Assembly (NCBI GenBank): GCA_963711735.1
Contig: CAVQFA010000004.1
Location: 4,872 to 68,871, forward strand
Direction: 5' to 3'
Source: Candidatus Gottesmanbacteria bacterium
GTDB taxonomy: Bacteria; Patescibacteriota; Microgenomatia; UBA10105; UBA927
Length of the DNA: 64,000 nt
Shown: piece by piece, positions 48,967-58,615 of the stretch
Layout: every line of letters starts with the position of its first letter
Numbering within the stretch: position 1 is the stretch's first letter
Program-made: the position numbers and the translations under genes
Notes under the pieces: generated by a model
What the model was told of the DNA's origin: nothing
The model's input: the letters and a program-made list of their open reading frames with translations, nothing else
The model's database searches: none

Positions 48967-51272
48967 ATCTTTGCAGATCTATATTTATTCATTATCAAAT
49001 ATAACGAACTAAGGATAATTGTAATTAAGCTCATTATGGTTCCGAAATAAAAATAAAGCTGTGGAGTATAATACAAAACGAATTGCGTATTGATACTTCC
49101 GTCGTGATTCACAGTATAGTAATCAGGTCCATAATTCTTTTTGATAAAATCCAAATCTATCATCCACGTATTGGTATGTGCATGGTTGGATTTGTGTGAT
49201 GAGTCAAAAATTGATTTTTGCCATAGATAAGACATTTCATTTACATCGAATAGTTTAGGTTCCTCTTTACATTCTCTGATACTATCGCCTACTATTGTGC
49301 TGCTGGAACACAATGGTGTAGTCTGATTTTTCTGTATAAATAGCTTCCAGCCCACATGATACGAATCATTAAAATTAAACGGTTGGGTAACGCTGATGTT
49401 CCGTATCTGTACTATATATTTAACGGAATTAATTTTTTTATAGAATAAATTTTGTGTCTCCAGTAAGCTATTCGGTTTTCTAGTCGAGTACAGTTCATAA
49501 TTTCCGTTTGAGCTGGTTAAAATTCTCTTATCAGTAATCTCATTTAAAAACGTGCTGTCCTGCATTTCCAGACTATCTTTATCGAATATCCAGGATTGAA
49601 GAACCTGTGAGGGTATATTTTTTGTTACTAATACGTAATTAATTGAATGATCGTGTAAAATTTTTTTAATTCCGTCATATTTTCTTTCTTCTATGAATGA
49701 GTTAAAAATATCTGCTTCTTTTGTTAAGTTGAAAGATAAAGATCCTGAAATATCATTTACACCGCTGAAGATTTTAACCGGTGAGGTGCCGACATATACG
49801 TTATTCAATCTTTCATCTTTTATAACTGTGTATGCAGCAGTACCGAAAGGAATACTCAGAATTGTGTTTGTAGATGATATAGTTGATTTAATTAAATTCA
49901 TAAAATCATAATATTCCTGAGGAATGGTAATTGTTTTGTATATGTTTTGTGTTGTCCATAAAGGGGAATTTACAGTTGATTTAACCGAAGAAAAATTAAT
50001 TACCATTACAAGTAACAATAGTAATAATATTTTCCGGTGAATTTTCGGATACTTCTTCTTAAATAGAACTAAACTGATCGTTAACAGAATAGCGTATAAA
50101 ATTACATAACCCGGAGCGAATTTGTCATAAAAATTACGAAACATAACAAATCCGGGAAGCCTACCTAAAAACAAAAACAGATATTCGAGCGGCCCTATGT
50201 TTACCGTAAAAAAATATATGGATAATAAAAACGACAAAAATATAAGTAAAAATTTACGTTTGTTATTTTTGTCCAAATATTTTTTATAGCTGAATATACC
50301 GGTTCCTAAAACGAAAATAAATATAGAATTTAATATAAAGGTTTTATCGTATAGTCTGATAAAATCTCCTTTCAGCATCCATTGAAAATCAAATGCAATT
50401 TGCCGGTGGAACAGATTCAACAGCGGATAAATAATATAACTTGTCGCTGTACTTATGACAGTGGGTGCAAAAGTATTGGTAAATACTCCTGACACAAATT
50501 TAAGAGACGTACTGTTTTCTTCTCGCGAAAAATACGGAGCTACAAAACCGACAATCCAAAAAGCCTGTGTGAAAGCAATCCACACAAAATATATCACTGA
50601 TTTTTTTATAAATCCTAATATTTCTTTTTTTGAGTAAAATATTACCATGACTAATACACCTAAACTCATTGGTAATAAAAACCCAAACAGCCAGGGCATC
50701 GCGTACAGTGCGAACGCAAAAAAGAACGAAACAATCACGCTTATAAAAATATATTTATAATTTGAGGTATTTAAATACCGTAAGTATAAATACCCTAAAG
50801 CCGGTATAATAAACAATAACCATACTGCAATGGGAAATACGAATAATTGGTTAATAATGATAATAGGAGATAAAATATAAAATAAACTTCCGATTAATAT
50901 CTCCGGATTAGAAGAATCATTTAACTGAAAAAGTTCTTTAATGAATTTTTGAAAAAATAGAAATCCGAGGATTAATGGTAAGGAAAAAGCAAAATAACTC
51001 AGAACGATCGTATTGACAATAATTTTACTTAGTAGAAACCAAACGTATAAAAAGGGTAACAGATACTGATTAGTGACGTTTGTTCCGATGGATGATACAT
51101 TATTCCAGGAAAAAAAAGAGACATTTTTAAAAAATTCTAAGGGATATGCATAAAATAATCTCGTATCGTCTCCGCCAATAAACATTTTTCCGCTAAATAG
51201 ATAGTAAGGTAACGCTAGGAATAAAATACAGATAAAAAAATTCAGTATAAAATAAATATTTATCTTCTTCAT
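48963..51272 (-). CDS. Large polytopic membrane protein, GT-C-like (AftD/DUF3367-like)
   Basis: 769 aa; GGDD first loop, FY..SP, PGFVMFRNFYDKF, IPQEY, C-terminal DSYH.GW...H...N.W domain and final TM. Confidence 0.62.
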   Translation of the reverse strand: MKKINIYFILNFFICILFLALPYYLFSGKMFIGGDDTRLFYAYPLEFFKNVSFFSWNNVSSIGTNVTNQYLLPFLYVWFLLSKIIVNTIVLSYFAFSLPLILGFLFFQKFIKELFQLNDSSNPEILIGSLFYILSPIIIINQLFVFPIAVWLLFIIPALGYLYLRYLNTSNYKYIFISVIVSFFFAFALYAMPWLFGFLLPMSLGVLVMVIFYSKKEILGFIKKSVIYFVWIAFTQAFWIVGFVAPYFSREENSTSLKFVSGVFTNTFAPTVISTATSYIIYPLLNLFHRQIAFDFQWMLKGDFIRLYDKTFILNSIFIFVLGTGIFSYKKYLDKNNKRKFLLIFLSFLLSIYFFTVNIGPLEYLFLFLGRLPGFVMFRNFYDKFAPGYVILYAILLTISLVLFKKKYPKIHRKILLLLLLVMVINFSSVKSTVNSPLWTTQNIYKTITIPQEYYDFMNLIKSTISSTNTILSIPFGTAAYTVIKDERLNNVYVGTSPVKIFSGVNDISGSLSFNLTKEADIFNSFIEERKYDGIKKILHDHSINYVLVTKNIPSQVLQSWIFDKDSLEMQDSTFLNEITDKRILTSSNGNYELYSTRKPNSLLETQNLFYKKINSVKYIVQIRNISVTQPFNFNDSYHVGWKLFIQKNQTTPLCSSSTIVGDSIRECKEEPKLFDVNEMSYLWQKSIFDSSHKSNHAHTNTWMIDLDFIKKNYGPDYYTVNHDGSINTQFVLYYTPQLYFYFGTIMSLITIILSSLYLIMNKYRSAKI

Positions 51273-52256
51273 ACTGAGTCGGCATGTAACGGATTCTTAT
51301 TTTTGACTAAATAAAATCCGTCAATATTGCCCTTAAGGTATTGAAGCACTAACTGTACCCTCTGTTTTAACGCGAACTTACCGATTCCCGAATAAAATAT
51401 GATTTTATACATGTAATAAAGGGTAAACACCCATATCCAGATACATATTATTAAGATATATTGTATCCTGTTTGAATATAGTGAGTGAAAAAGAATCCTG
51501 TTTCGTGCAAATACGTATGGTCTCCGAATATTATTCATCACGTGATACATATAATCTGATTTACTCTTGCCCATCACTTGACTTTCAATGTCGTGATATA
51601 TTCGTGCTTTTCTGACAACCCGGACAGAATATCCGGCGTTACGGATCCTGTAGGCGAAATCACTTTCTTCATACATAATTTCAAATTTTGTGCTGAAAAA
51701 GATACTATTTTCCTTTATGACACTTGCCCTGACCATAAACGCGTTCGGAGCATCAGCAGTATCCCATATATTTTTACCTCTAAATTCTGTTAAAAGATCT
51801 GGGTTGATATGTTCTGGAAGTTGCCATATTACGCTTTGTACATACCCATAATAGTTTTTTCTTATCCGCATAACTATAATTTACCAATCCTAATTCCCCT
51901 GTTTGTTCATTCCCCTCAAACACTGATACCAGACTATTTATCGAGTCCTTCTCAATGACATTATCATCATCTATAAAAAATATATATTTACCCTTTGAAC
52001 TTTTTATGCCTAAATTTCTCGATCCTGCCGTATATAGTTTGCGTTTATTTCTGATTACTTTGAGATTTTTAAGCGATGGAAATTCTGTGAGTATGCCTTT
52101 ATATGTTTGATCGCTTGACATATCGTCAATGACAATTATTTCCAAATCCTTATAGGTATTCTTAACAATACTCCGCAATAATCTCAAAACCATAAATGAT
52201 CGGTTATATGTAGGAATGACTATTGAAACCAGTGGATTTTGTTTATTTATTGGCAT
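51269..52256 (-). pseudogene. GT2 glycosyltransferase split by a 1-nt insertion near 51791-51803 (or a sequencing error)
   Basis: ORF 51780-52256 has IPTYNR, DDMSSD, FIDDDN; overlapping ORF 51269-51871 has NAFMV, YEESDF, ARIYH. Removing one base at CCC-AGA-TCT-TTT-AAC joins them. Confidence 0.82.
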
Positions 52257-53237
52257 TTATTGCCGGCTAAAAGAATAATTTTTATGAATAATGTAAATAA
52301 CAATTGCACTAATGCTCGATAGTGCGGAAATCATACATAAAAGAGGGTGAAATATCCACACGATATCCCGGTCCCGTACTATACCGTAAATAGCCCGGAA
52401 CAACGGGAAGATAAAACTCAATGAATATAGCGGCCATATCTTTACTTTAAAATTCTGGTATTTGGATAAATATTCAGTTCTATATGCAATACCGTATTTT
52501 TTCCCCTGAATTGCGTTTACACTGGCCCACCCCTGCTTTTTCATAAAATGTTTCAGGTTCCGAACCGTATGATGATAAAGCCTGACAGAATGAACAAATG
52601 CAACTTCTTTGTGGGACTTCAACAGTTCCAGAACGGGTATAACGTCGTCAAATGCATGTTGTTTTTTTCTGGTAAAACCGATCCTGACGGTAAACCCCTG
52701 GGCTACAGCTATAAGCGGTCTGTCGGGTTTGGAATCATAGTCATACACATCATAGAGACTGTTCGTTTCCAATGTACTGTATACGCGCTTAAACGTTCTT
52801 CCGTTTGCAGAATATCCGTACACAAAATGGTTAAACGGATCCGTGAATGTGTTGATATATCTGGTAAATACGGTATCTTCTTTATCACTAGACTGCATGG
52901 GAAATGCAGCTGCAATATCATTGTCATCAAAGACACTGATCATTTTCCGGATCGAATCCCTGTCTTTGAATATATTATCAGCAGCAAGAACCATCAACAG
53001 TTGCCCTTTTGCATGTTTTATCCCCAAATTCACCCCCGGATCTGCCAGAATATAGGGATTATGAATAACGCGTACGTTATAATTCTTAACTAATTCCAAC
53101 GTTTTATCAGTTGATCCCCCGTCGATTATTAAAATCTCCATCTTTTTGTAATCAAAATCCTGATTCTTAATAGTTTCCAAAAAAGATACGATATCTTTTT
53201 GATTATTTAAAGTTGGAGTGATTATTGATAATTTCAT
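52257..53237 (-). CDS. GT2 glycosyltransferase with C-terminal TM helices
   Basis: IITPTLN, DGGSTDKT, LAADN, WIFHP; paralog-like to 61063-62076. Confidence 0.88.
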   Translation of the reverse strand: MKLSIITPTLNNQKDIVSFLETIKNQDFDYKKMEILIIDGGSTDKTLELVKNYNVRVIHNPYILADPGVNLGIKHAKGQLLMVLAADNIFKDRDSIRKMISVFDDNDIAAAFPMQSSDKEDTVFTRYINTFTDPFNHFVYGYSANGRTFKRVYSTLETNSLYDVYDYDSKPDRPLIAVAQGFTVRIGFTRKKQHAFDDVIPVLELLKSHKEVAFVHSVRLYHHTVRNLKHFMKKQGWASVNAIQGKKYGIAYRTEYLSKYQNFKVKIWPLYSLSFIFPLFRAIYGIVRDRDIVWIFHPLLCMISALSSISAIVIYIIHKNYSFSRQ

Positions 53238-53248
53238 GATGGTTCTTT

Positions 53249-54244
53249 CTATGAGATATGTAGGAATTCTAATAATAGTTGAAGTTTTCCTGATCCCGGA
53301 TACATTTTCCTAATTATGTCGATATCATTGACAACTCTATGCTCCTGGATCCATTTTCTCTTGATGAGTATCAGTTTTAAATACTTAATATTAAATAACC
53401 AACCGTTTATATATGTGAGTGATATTTTTGGTTTAAATATCAGCAGAAAAAAAATTATTTCCATAATATTCTGAAAAAAATATAAAGGAAGAATAACAAA
53501 CAAAGCCGGTGTCGAGTAATTTTTAATCAGCATTTGAGGTATGTTTCGATTTCTCCATAAAAAAGCGTTGTACTGAATACCCTTTCCGGTACTTCCCGCG
53601 CCAGCATGATATAGAGGTATATCCTTAGCGTAAGAAAAATTTTTTCCTAATAGATTTAACCTCCAAAACCAGTCCGTATCTTCGAAATACATAAAAAAGT
53701 TATCATCTAACCCTCTGGTCTCGTAATAGATTTTTTTGTCAGAAAATACACACACGCCGCTTAAATAAAAAACTCTATCGTTTCCATAATTAGTTGGTGT
53801 ATAAAAAGCCGGGCTTCCGAGAATATCTATAGTATTATTACACGGAAAGTTACTGCTCTTTTTATATGTGTAGGTTCTTGGTGATATTACGCTGTAATCT
53901 GATTTCTTATAAAATTTATAAAGTTTATAGATGAAATCCGTTTCTACCCATGTATCATTATTCATTAAAACAACATATTTACCTTTACTTTTTAAAATAC
54001 CCATATTGTTGGCTTTCGCAAAACCTGAATTTGTCGTATTTTGTATTATTTCAACTTTTGGGAAAAGCTGTTTTACTATTTCAACAGAATTATCTGTTGA
54101 TTTGTTATCAACTAATATAATTTCAATATTTTTATATGTTTGACTTATAAGTGACGTCAAACAACTGCGTAACCATCTTTTACCGTTCCAGTTGACAATG
54201 ATTATTGATATTAAATCGGTACTTCTAATGTTTGATGAATTCAT
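53249..54244 (-). CDS. GT2 glycosyltransferase
   Basis: IIVNWNG, DNKSTD, GFAKANN, MNND, FFMYFEDTD. Confidence 0.92.
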   Translation of the reverse strand: MNSSNIRSTDLISIIIVNWNGKRWLRSCLTSLISQTYKNIEIILVDNKSTDNSVEIVKQLFPKVEIIQNTTNSGFAKANNMGILKSKGKYVVLMNNDTWVETDFIYKLYKFYKKSDYSVISPRTYTYKKSSNFPCNNTIDILGSPAFYTPTNYGNDRVFYLSGVCVFSDKKIYYETRGLDDNFFMYFEDTDWFWRLNLLGKNFSYAKDIPLYHAGAGSTGKGIQYNAFLWRNRNIPQMLIKNYSTPALFVILPLYFFQNIMEIIFFLLIFKPKISLTYINGWLFNIKYLKLILIKRKWIQEHRVVNDIDIIRKMYPGSGKLQLLLEFLHIS

Positions 54245-54929
54245 AATATATGGATTTCGGTAAGATCATATTTCCGAAATAATTGATTACATAACCAGTA
54301 GGAATCGTAATAATCCAAATAGGAAAATACACCAAAGGAGTTCGTAATACGAGAGGCTCAAAATATAACGTAATACAATGAACAAATTTTGTATATATAT
54401 TATCTCTCCAGTTTCCGATACTAATTTGAGTTTTTGATTTCACTTTACGTTTAAAAAGATATATGAACTCTATATGTCGCAGAAAACCAGTAAACTTTTT
54501 CTTTAATAAAATGTAATTTCTTTTTTCCAATATTTTTTCTAACTCGTTATCCTTAAATATTCTAATGTGATGTATTTCTTTAAAGTATGAAGGTCTGATA
54601 TTAAGTAATAATTTTTCTGATTTACTGGCCGGAATATTAACAATTAATTTACCGTTTTTCTTTAATATTCTTGATATTTCGTTTAATACGTTATTAAGAT
54701 TATCAATGTGTTCTAATACATCCATGGCATAAATTTCATCAAAATATTGATCAGAAAAACTCATTTTCTCCGCATCCATAATTTCAAAAGATATCCATGG
54801 ATATCTTTTTTTTGAAGTTGAGATGGCTTCCTTAGATTTATCAATTCCGATTATTTTTAAGCTAGGATTTTTTGATAATAAAGAAGAATTGAAACCATTA
54901 CCACAACCGATTTCCAATATATTTTTCAT
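54225..54929 (-). CDS. Class I SAM-dependent methyltransferase
   Basis: LEIGCGNG, GID, DAE, FD, VLEHI. Confidence 0.88.
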   Translation of the reverse strand: MKNILEIGCGNGFNSSLLSKNPSLKIIGIDKSKEAISTSKKRYPWISFEIMDAEKMSFSDQYFDEIYAMDVLEHIDNLNNVLNEISRILKKNGKLIVNIPASKSEKLLLNIRPSYFKEIHHIRIFKDNELEKILEKRNYILLKKKFTGFLRHIEFIYLFKRKVKSKTQISIGNWRDNIYTKFVHCITLYFEPLVLRTPLVYFPIWIITIPTGYVINYFGNMILPKSIYYEFIKH

Positions 54930-56020
54930 TATGAAATTGATTTTTCTATTATTTGAATAATTTTCTTAACATCGGAAAGGGATAGTGTGCTGTATAACGG
55001 AAGGCACAACACTCCTTCAGATACTTTTTGAGCGTTCGGATATGTCGTTACATTTACCCCATATGTTGCAAGAAACGGAAAAGATGAAATCAGAGGATAA
55101 AAATATTTTCTTGTTTTAATTCCTTTCAGAACCAATTGATCATAAATGTGATCCCGAAGTTTAGAAGATGAAAATACAACGGGCATATAACTATAGTTAT
55201 ACGATGATGCGATAATTGTCTGAAGCTGAATTTCTTTACACATCTTTAATGTCTCAGTGTAAGTTTCGTATAAACGTTTTCTTTTAGAAACATTTTGTTT
55301 AAATTCAGAAAGATTACATAATCCCATCGCTGCCTGAAATTCGTTCATTTTGCCATTAATACCTGCACATGTCGTTTCATACTCGGAAATGATCCCAAAA
55401 TTACGGAGTAGTTGCACATCGCGTGTCAACTTCTTTATTTTTGTAACAACTGCACCTCCTTCTATCGTATGATAGATTTTTGTGGCATGAAAACTGAGCG
55501 TAGAAGCATCTCCCCAGGAAAGAAGTGCTTTATTTCTATATTTAACGCCAAACGCGTGAGCTGCATCATAAATGACCGGAATACCATGACGTTTACCGAT
55601 ATCGTCAAGTTCTTCGACATGTGATGGATTGCCATATACGTGTACTGCAAGAATAGCTGAAGTATGTTTTGTAATTTTTCTTTCAACATCTTTCGGATCA
55701 ATAGAGAAAGTCAGCGGGTCAATATCGGCAAAGACAGGCCGCAACCCTTCCCAAATAATGGCATTTGTTGTTGCTACAAACGTAAAAGGTGTAGTGATAA
55801 CTTCACCTTTCAATTGAAGCGCGCGAAGAGCTAGTTGCAAAGCTATAGTACCGTTTGAAACGACAGAAAGATTATCAACTCCTAAAAATGACTGTAATTC
55901 TTGTTCTAATGTTTGTACATAAACTCCGTTATTAGTAAGAATGGAACTATCCCAGATTTTTTTAAGATACTTAGTGTATTTCGACAACGACGGCATTTCA
56001 CTTTTTGTTACGTATATCAT
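54929..56020 (-). CDS. DegT/DnrJ sugar aminotransferase, VioA-like
   Basis: LTNNG, NGTIAL, TPFTFVAT, YDAAHAFG, SFHATK (Lys retained), NGKMNE, RKYFYP. Confidence 0.9.
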   Translation of the reverse strand: MIYVTKSEMPSLSKYTKYLKKIWDSSILTNNGVYVQTLEQELQSFLGVDNLSVVSNGTIALQLALRALQLKGEVITTPFTFVATTNAIIWEGLRPVFADIDPLTFSIDPKDVERKITKHTSAILAVHVYGNPSHVEELDDIGKRHGIPVIYDAAHAFGVKYRNKALLSWGDASTLSFHATKIYHTIEGGAVVTKIKKLTRDVQLLRNFGIISEYETTCAGINGKMNEFQAAMGLCNLSEFKQNVSKRKRLYETYTETLKMCKEIQLQTIIASSYNYSYMPVVFSSSKLRDHIYDQLVLKGIKTRKYFYPLISSFPFLATYGVNVTTYPNAQKVSEGVLCLPLYSTLSLSDVKKIIQIIEKSIS

Positions 56021-56024
56021 ATAT

Positions 56025-56687
56025 TTATTTAAGCAATGTAACCCAATCTTTAGCTGTTAAACGCCTGACCGGTCGTGCTGGTACTCCGTAAGAAAGATAT
56101 CCATCGGGAATATCTTTTGTTATGACAGATCCTGCACCTATAAAACAATTATTTCCGACTGATGTGTTCTGTATAATAGTAGTCCCCACCCCTACCCAAG
56201 TGTTGCTTCCTATATGCACATTACCGGCTATATGGACTCCGGGGGCTATATGACAAAAATTACCGATATGTACGTCGTGATTGATCGTTACACCTATATT
56301 TATAATTGTATGCTCCCCAATGGTACTATCACAGGTAGTTATAACTCCCTGACAAAGAGTGCTTCCGTTTCCGATTACGACGGATTTATGCAGCATACAC
56401 GAGGGATCTATTGCTGTTGTGAACGGCCTTCCGTCTGCCGTCAATTTTCCGATCCATATATTCTTTTTTGGAGATCCCATTCCTCCGATTAAAAACGATG
56501 TTCTAGGAATTCTCTCGAGAATTTCTTCACTATACACGGGATATCCGTATATTTCTTTTGCATGAGCTTCCCTTTGGATGATAAAACCTTTAATATTTGC
56601 GGTTTTTCCCATGGACTGCAATATGACACATAATTCTCTTGCCATTCCTCCCGCGCCTAAGATATATATAGGTCTTTGTCTATCCAT
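56025..56687 (-). CDS. Sugar N/O-acetyltransferase, NeuD/PglD family
   Basis: ILGAGGMARE N-terminal domain, HD motif, hexapeptide repeats, GVPAR. Confidence 0.9.
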   Translation of the reverse strand: MDRQRPIYILGAGGMARELCVILQSMGKTANIKGFIIQREAHAKEIYGYPVYSEEILERIPRTSFLIGGMGSPKKNIWIGKLTADGRPFTTAIDPSCMLHKSVVIGNGSTLCQGVITTCDSTIGEHTIINIGVTINHDVHIGNFCHIAPGVHIAGNVHIGSNTWVGVGTTIIQNTSVGNNCFIGAGSVITKDIPDGYLSYGVPARPVRRLTAKDWVTLLK

Positions 56688-57546
56688 ATAGCTTGAAATA
56701 TAAGTAAAATATTCCTAAATATAATTTATAGATCAAAAATACTAAGTAAAGATGAAGATGGGACAACGTCATTTTCCATTTACCGTTTTCAAAAAACACT
56801 ACTAAATAACGATATAATACATTCATTTGTGTCCGCATGATATATGCATACATTTTGGAATCGCATTCTTGCCATTTTTTTTCATATAGTTGTAATCCCC
56901 GAAAATATTGCACTTTTTTCCTTACCGAAGAATCAATTCCAAGGAGTTCTTCGTGATGACATACCATTACCTTAACTGTACCTGTTTTTGCACCTATTGA
57001 TTTCAATTGTATTTCCATATCCCAATCAGCAGGACCGCTGGATAATAATATGTCATATTGATCAGGTGTTTTAAAAAACACTGTCCGTTTGATAATCCGG
57101 CAGGCACTTATCGGTGTTCCTGTGTATATTTGCTTTTCAAAACTTTTTACTTCACTCATAAGGTCTGTATTTCCTTCCGTAATTTCCGGAACTTGCCACG
57201 CATCAATACTACCGTTAGTTTCATTCACTTGTTTTCTGAATTGTGTAAAAAAATTGATAGGTAAATCCATGTCATGGTCAAAAAAATACAGATAATCTCC
57301 TTTTGCTTTCAAAGCTCCCGAATTTCTCTGTTCACATACCCTGGGAGGTATACCTCTTATATGAACTATCTTTGCCATGTACTTTCGAGCAATTTCTATT
57401 GTTTTATCTCCGGATTGATTGTCTGCAACAATTATTTCAATATCACCTTTCGGAAATATCATTTTTTTAATGCTTTGAAGACACGTATCCAGATGGTCGG
57501 AAGAATTTCTTGTAGGAATAATTATCGATAGAAATGGGGATTTCAT
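56680..57546 (-). CDS. GT2 glycosyltransferase
   Basis: IIIPTRN, DNQSGDKT, QRN.GA, FDHD, ADWD. Confidence 0.88.
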   Translation of the reverse strand: MKSPFLSIIIPTRNSSDHLDTCLQSIKKMIFPKGDIEIIVADNQSGDKTIEIARKYMAKIVHIRGIPPRVCEQRNSGALKAKGDYLYFFDHDMDLPINFFTQFRKQVNETNGSIDAWQVPEITEGNTDLMSEVKSFEKQIYTGTPISACRIIKRTVFFKTPDQYDILLSSGPADWDMEIQLKSIGAKTGTVKVMVCHHEELLGIDSSVRKKVQYFRGLQLYEKKWQECDSKMYAYIMRTQMNVLYRYLVVFFENGKWKMTLSHLHLYLVFLIYKLYLGIFYLYFKLYG

Positions 57547-57645
57547 ATATTCTGCTTAGTATTATACCCTATCAATATGCTCTACTGAAACAATGTACTG
57601 TGAAAATTTGTTTATAAAGTATCAGGTTACTTCAGTTTTCTGTGA

Positions 57646-58383
57646 TCATTTAGAGTAACTCCGATGAATCTCATTGTCTTCGAGTTTTCCTGAATTGATT
57701 TTTTTTAAACGGAGAAAAATATTCGTAAATCCGTTTGGTTTGCTGAATTCCTGATCTTGTTTTATGTCAAAATATTTTTTAAAAAAAATGGACCTTCTGA
57801 AAATCCATTTGGAAATATACATATTTAATGAGCTCAAAATTACCCACCACCCGCCGACTAAGCTGAAATTTATAACGGAAAATTTATTGTTAATAAAAGA
57901 ATATATATCCTTCATCTCATAATGACGATGACCGGTAAGCCAGTAGGCAGGGTCAAACAACGTATTAAAAAAAGATTTGTAAGGCGTTGATAAATAGCAA
58001 ATGCCGTTTTCTTTCAATATTCTCGCTATTTCTGAAAACATCACTTTTTCCGAAGCCTTTGGGATATGCTCTAAGACCTCCCAAGAAACAACTGTATCGA
58101 ACGTTGAATCTTTAAAAGGTAAATGAGTAGCATCTGCGATTACAAACTTAATAGAATTATCATGTATATAGCGCTTTGCTGTAAGCAAATCCGGTTTGGA
58201 TAATTCTGTACCTATTATGATTTGTATATTTTTACTTTTCGCATATATTTCAAACCAACCATAACCACATCCTATGTCCAGTACCTTTTTATTTCTAAGG
58301 TCGATATCTTTTACGTAAGATGTAACAAATTTTAAACGACCATGAAGCGGTTCATACGGTGTTTGGTATGTTATGTTTTTCAT
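57646..58383 (-). CDS. Class I SAM-dependent methyltransferase
   Basis: LDIGCGYG, DATHLPF.D..FD, EVLEHI, LSTP. Confidence 0.9.
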   Translation of the reverse strand: MKNITYQTPYEPLHGRLKFVTSYVKDIDLRNKKVLDIGCGYGWFEIYAKSKNIQIIIGTELSKPDLLTAKRYIHDNSIKFVIADATHLPFKDSTFDTVVSWEVLEHIPKASEKVMFSEIARILKENGICYLSTPYKSFFNTLFDPAYWLTGHRHYEMKDIYSFINNKFSVINFSLVGGWWVILSSLNMYISKWIFRRSIFFKKYFDIKQDQEFSKPNGFTNIFLRLKKINSGKLEDNEIHRSYSK

Positions 58384-58615
58384 ATAGTAATGTTTCTTTA
58401 ATCAACACAAATAAAAGCGATATACGATACGTAAACAAGAAATTGCGTTGATATTTCATGAACTATGAAAAAAGGGAAAATAACGAAAAGAATTATTTTA
58501 TGTAAATACAATTATAACTAAGTATATATTTCTTTTATCAATCAAACATATCAGATACTGAAGTAGAATTCCAGTTGTATATTTTAAAGGAGAATAACGT
58601 GTAACAATATCACGT

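Noticed and set aside
52548-53093. 181-aa plus-strand ORF
   Set aside because: Antisense shadow of the GT2 at 52257-53237
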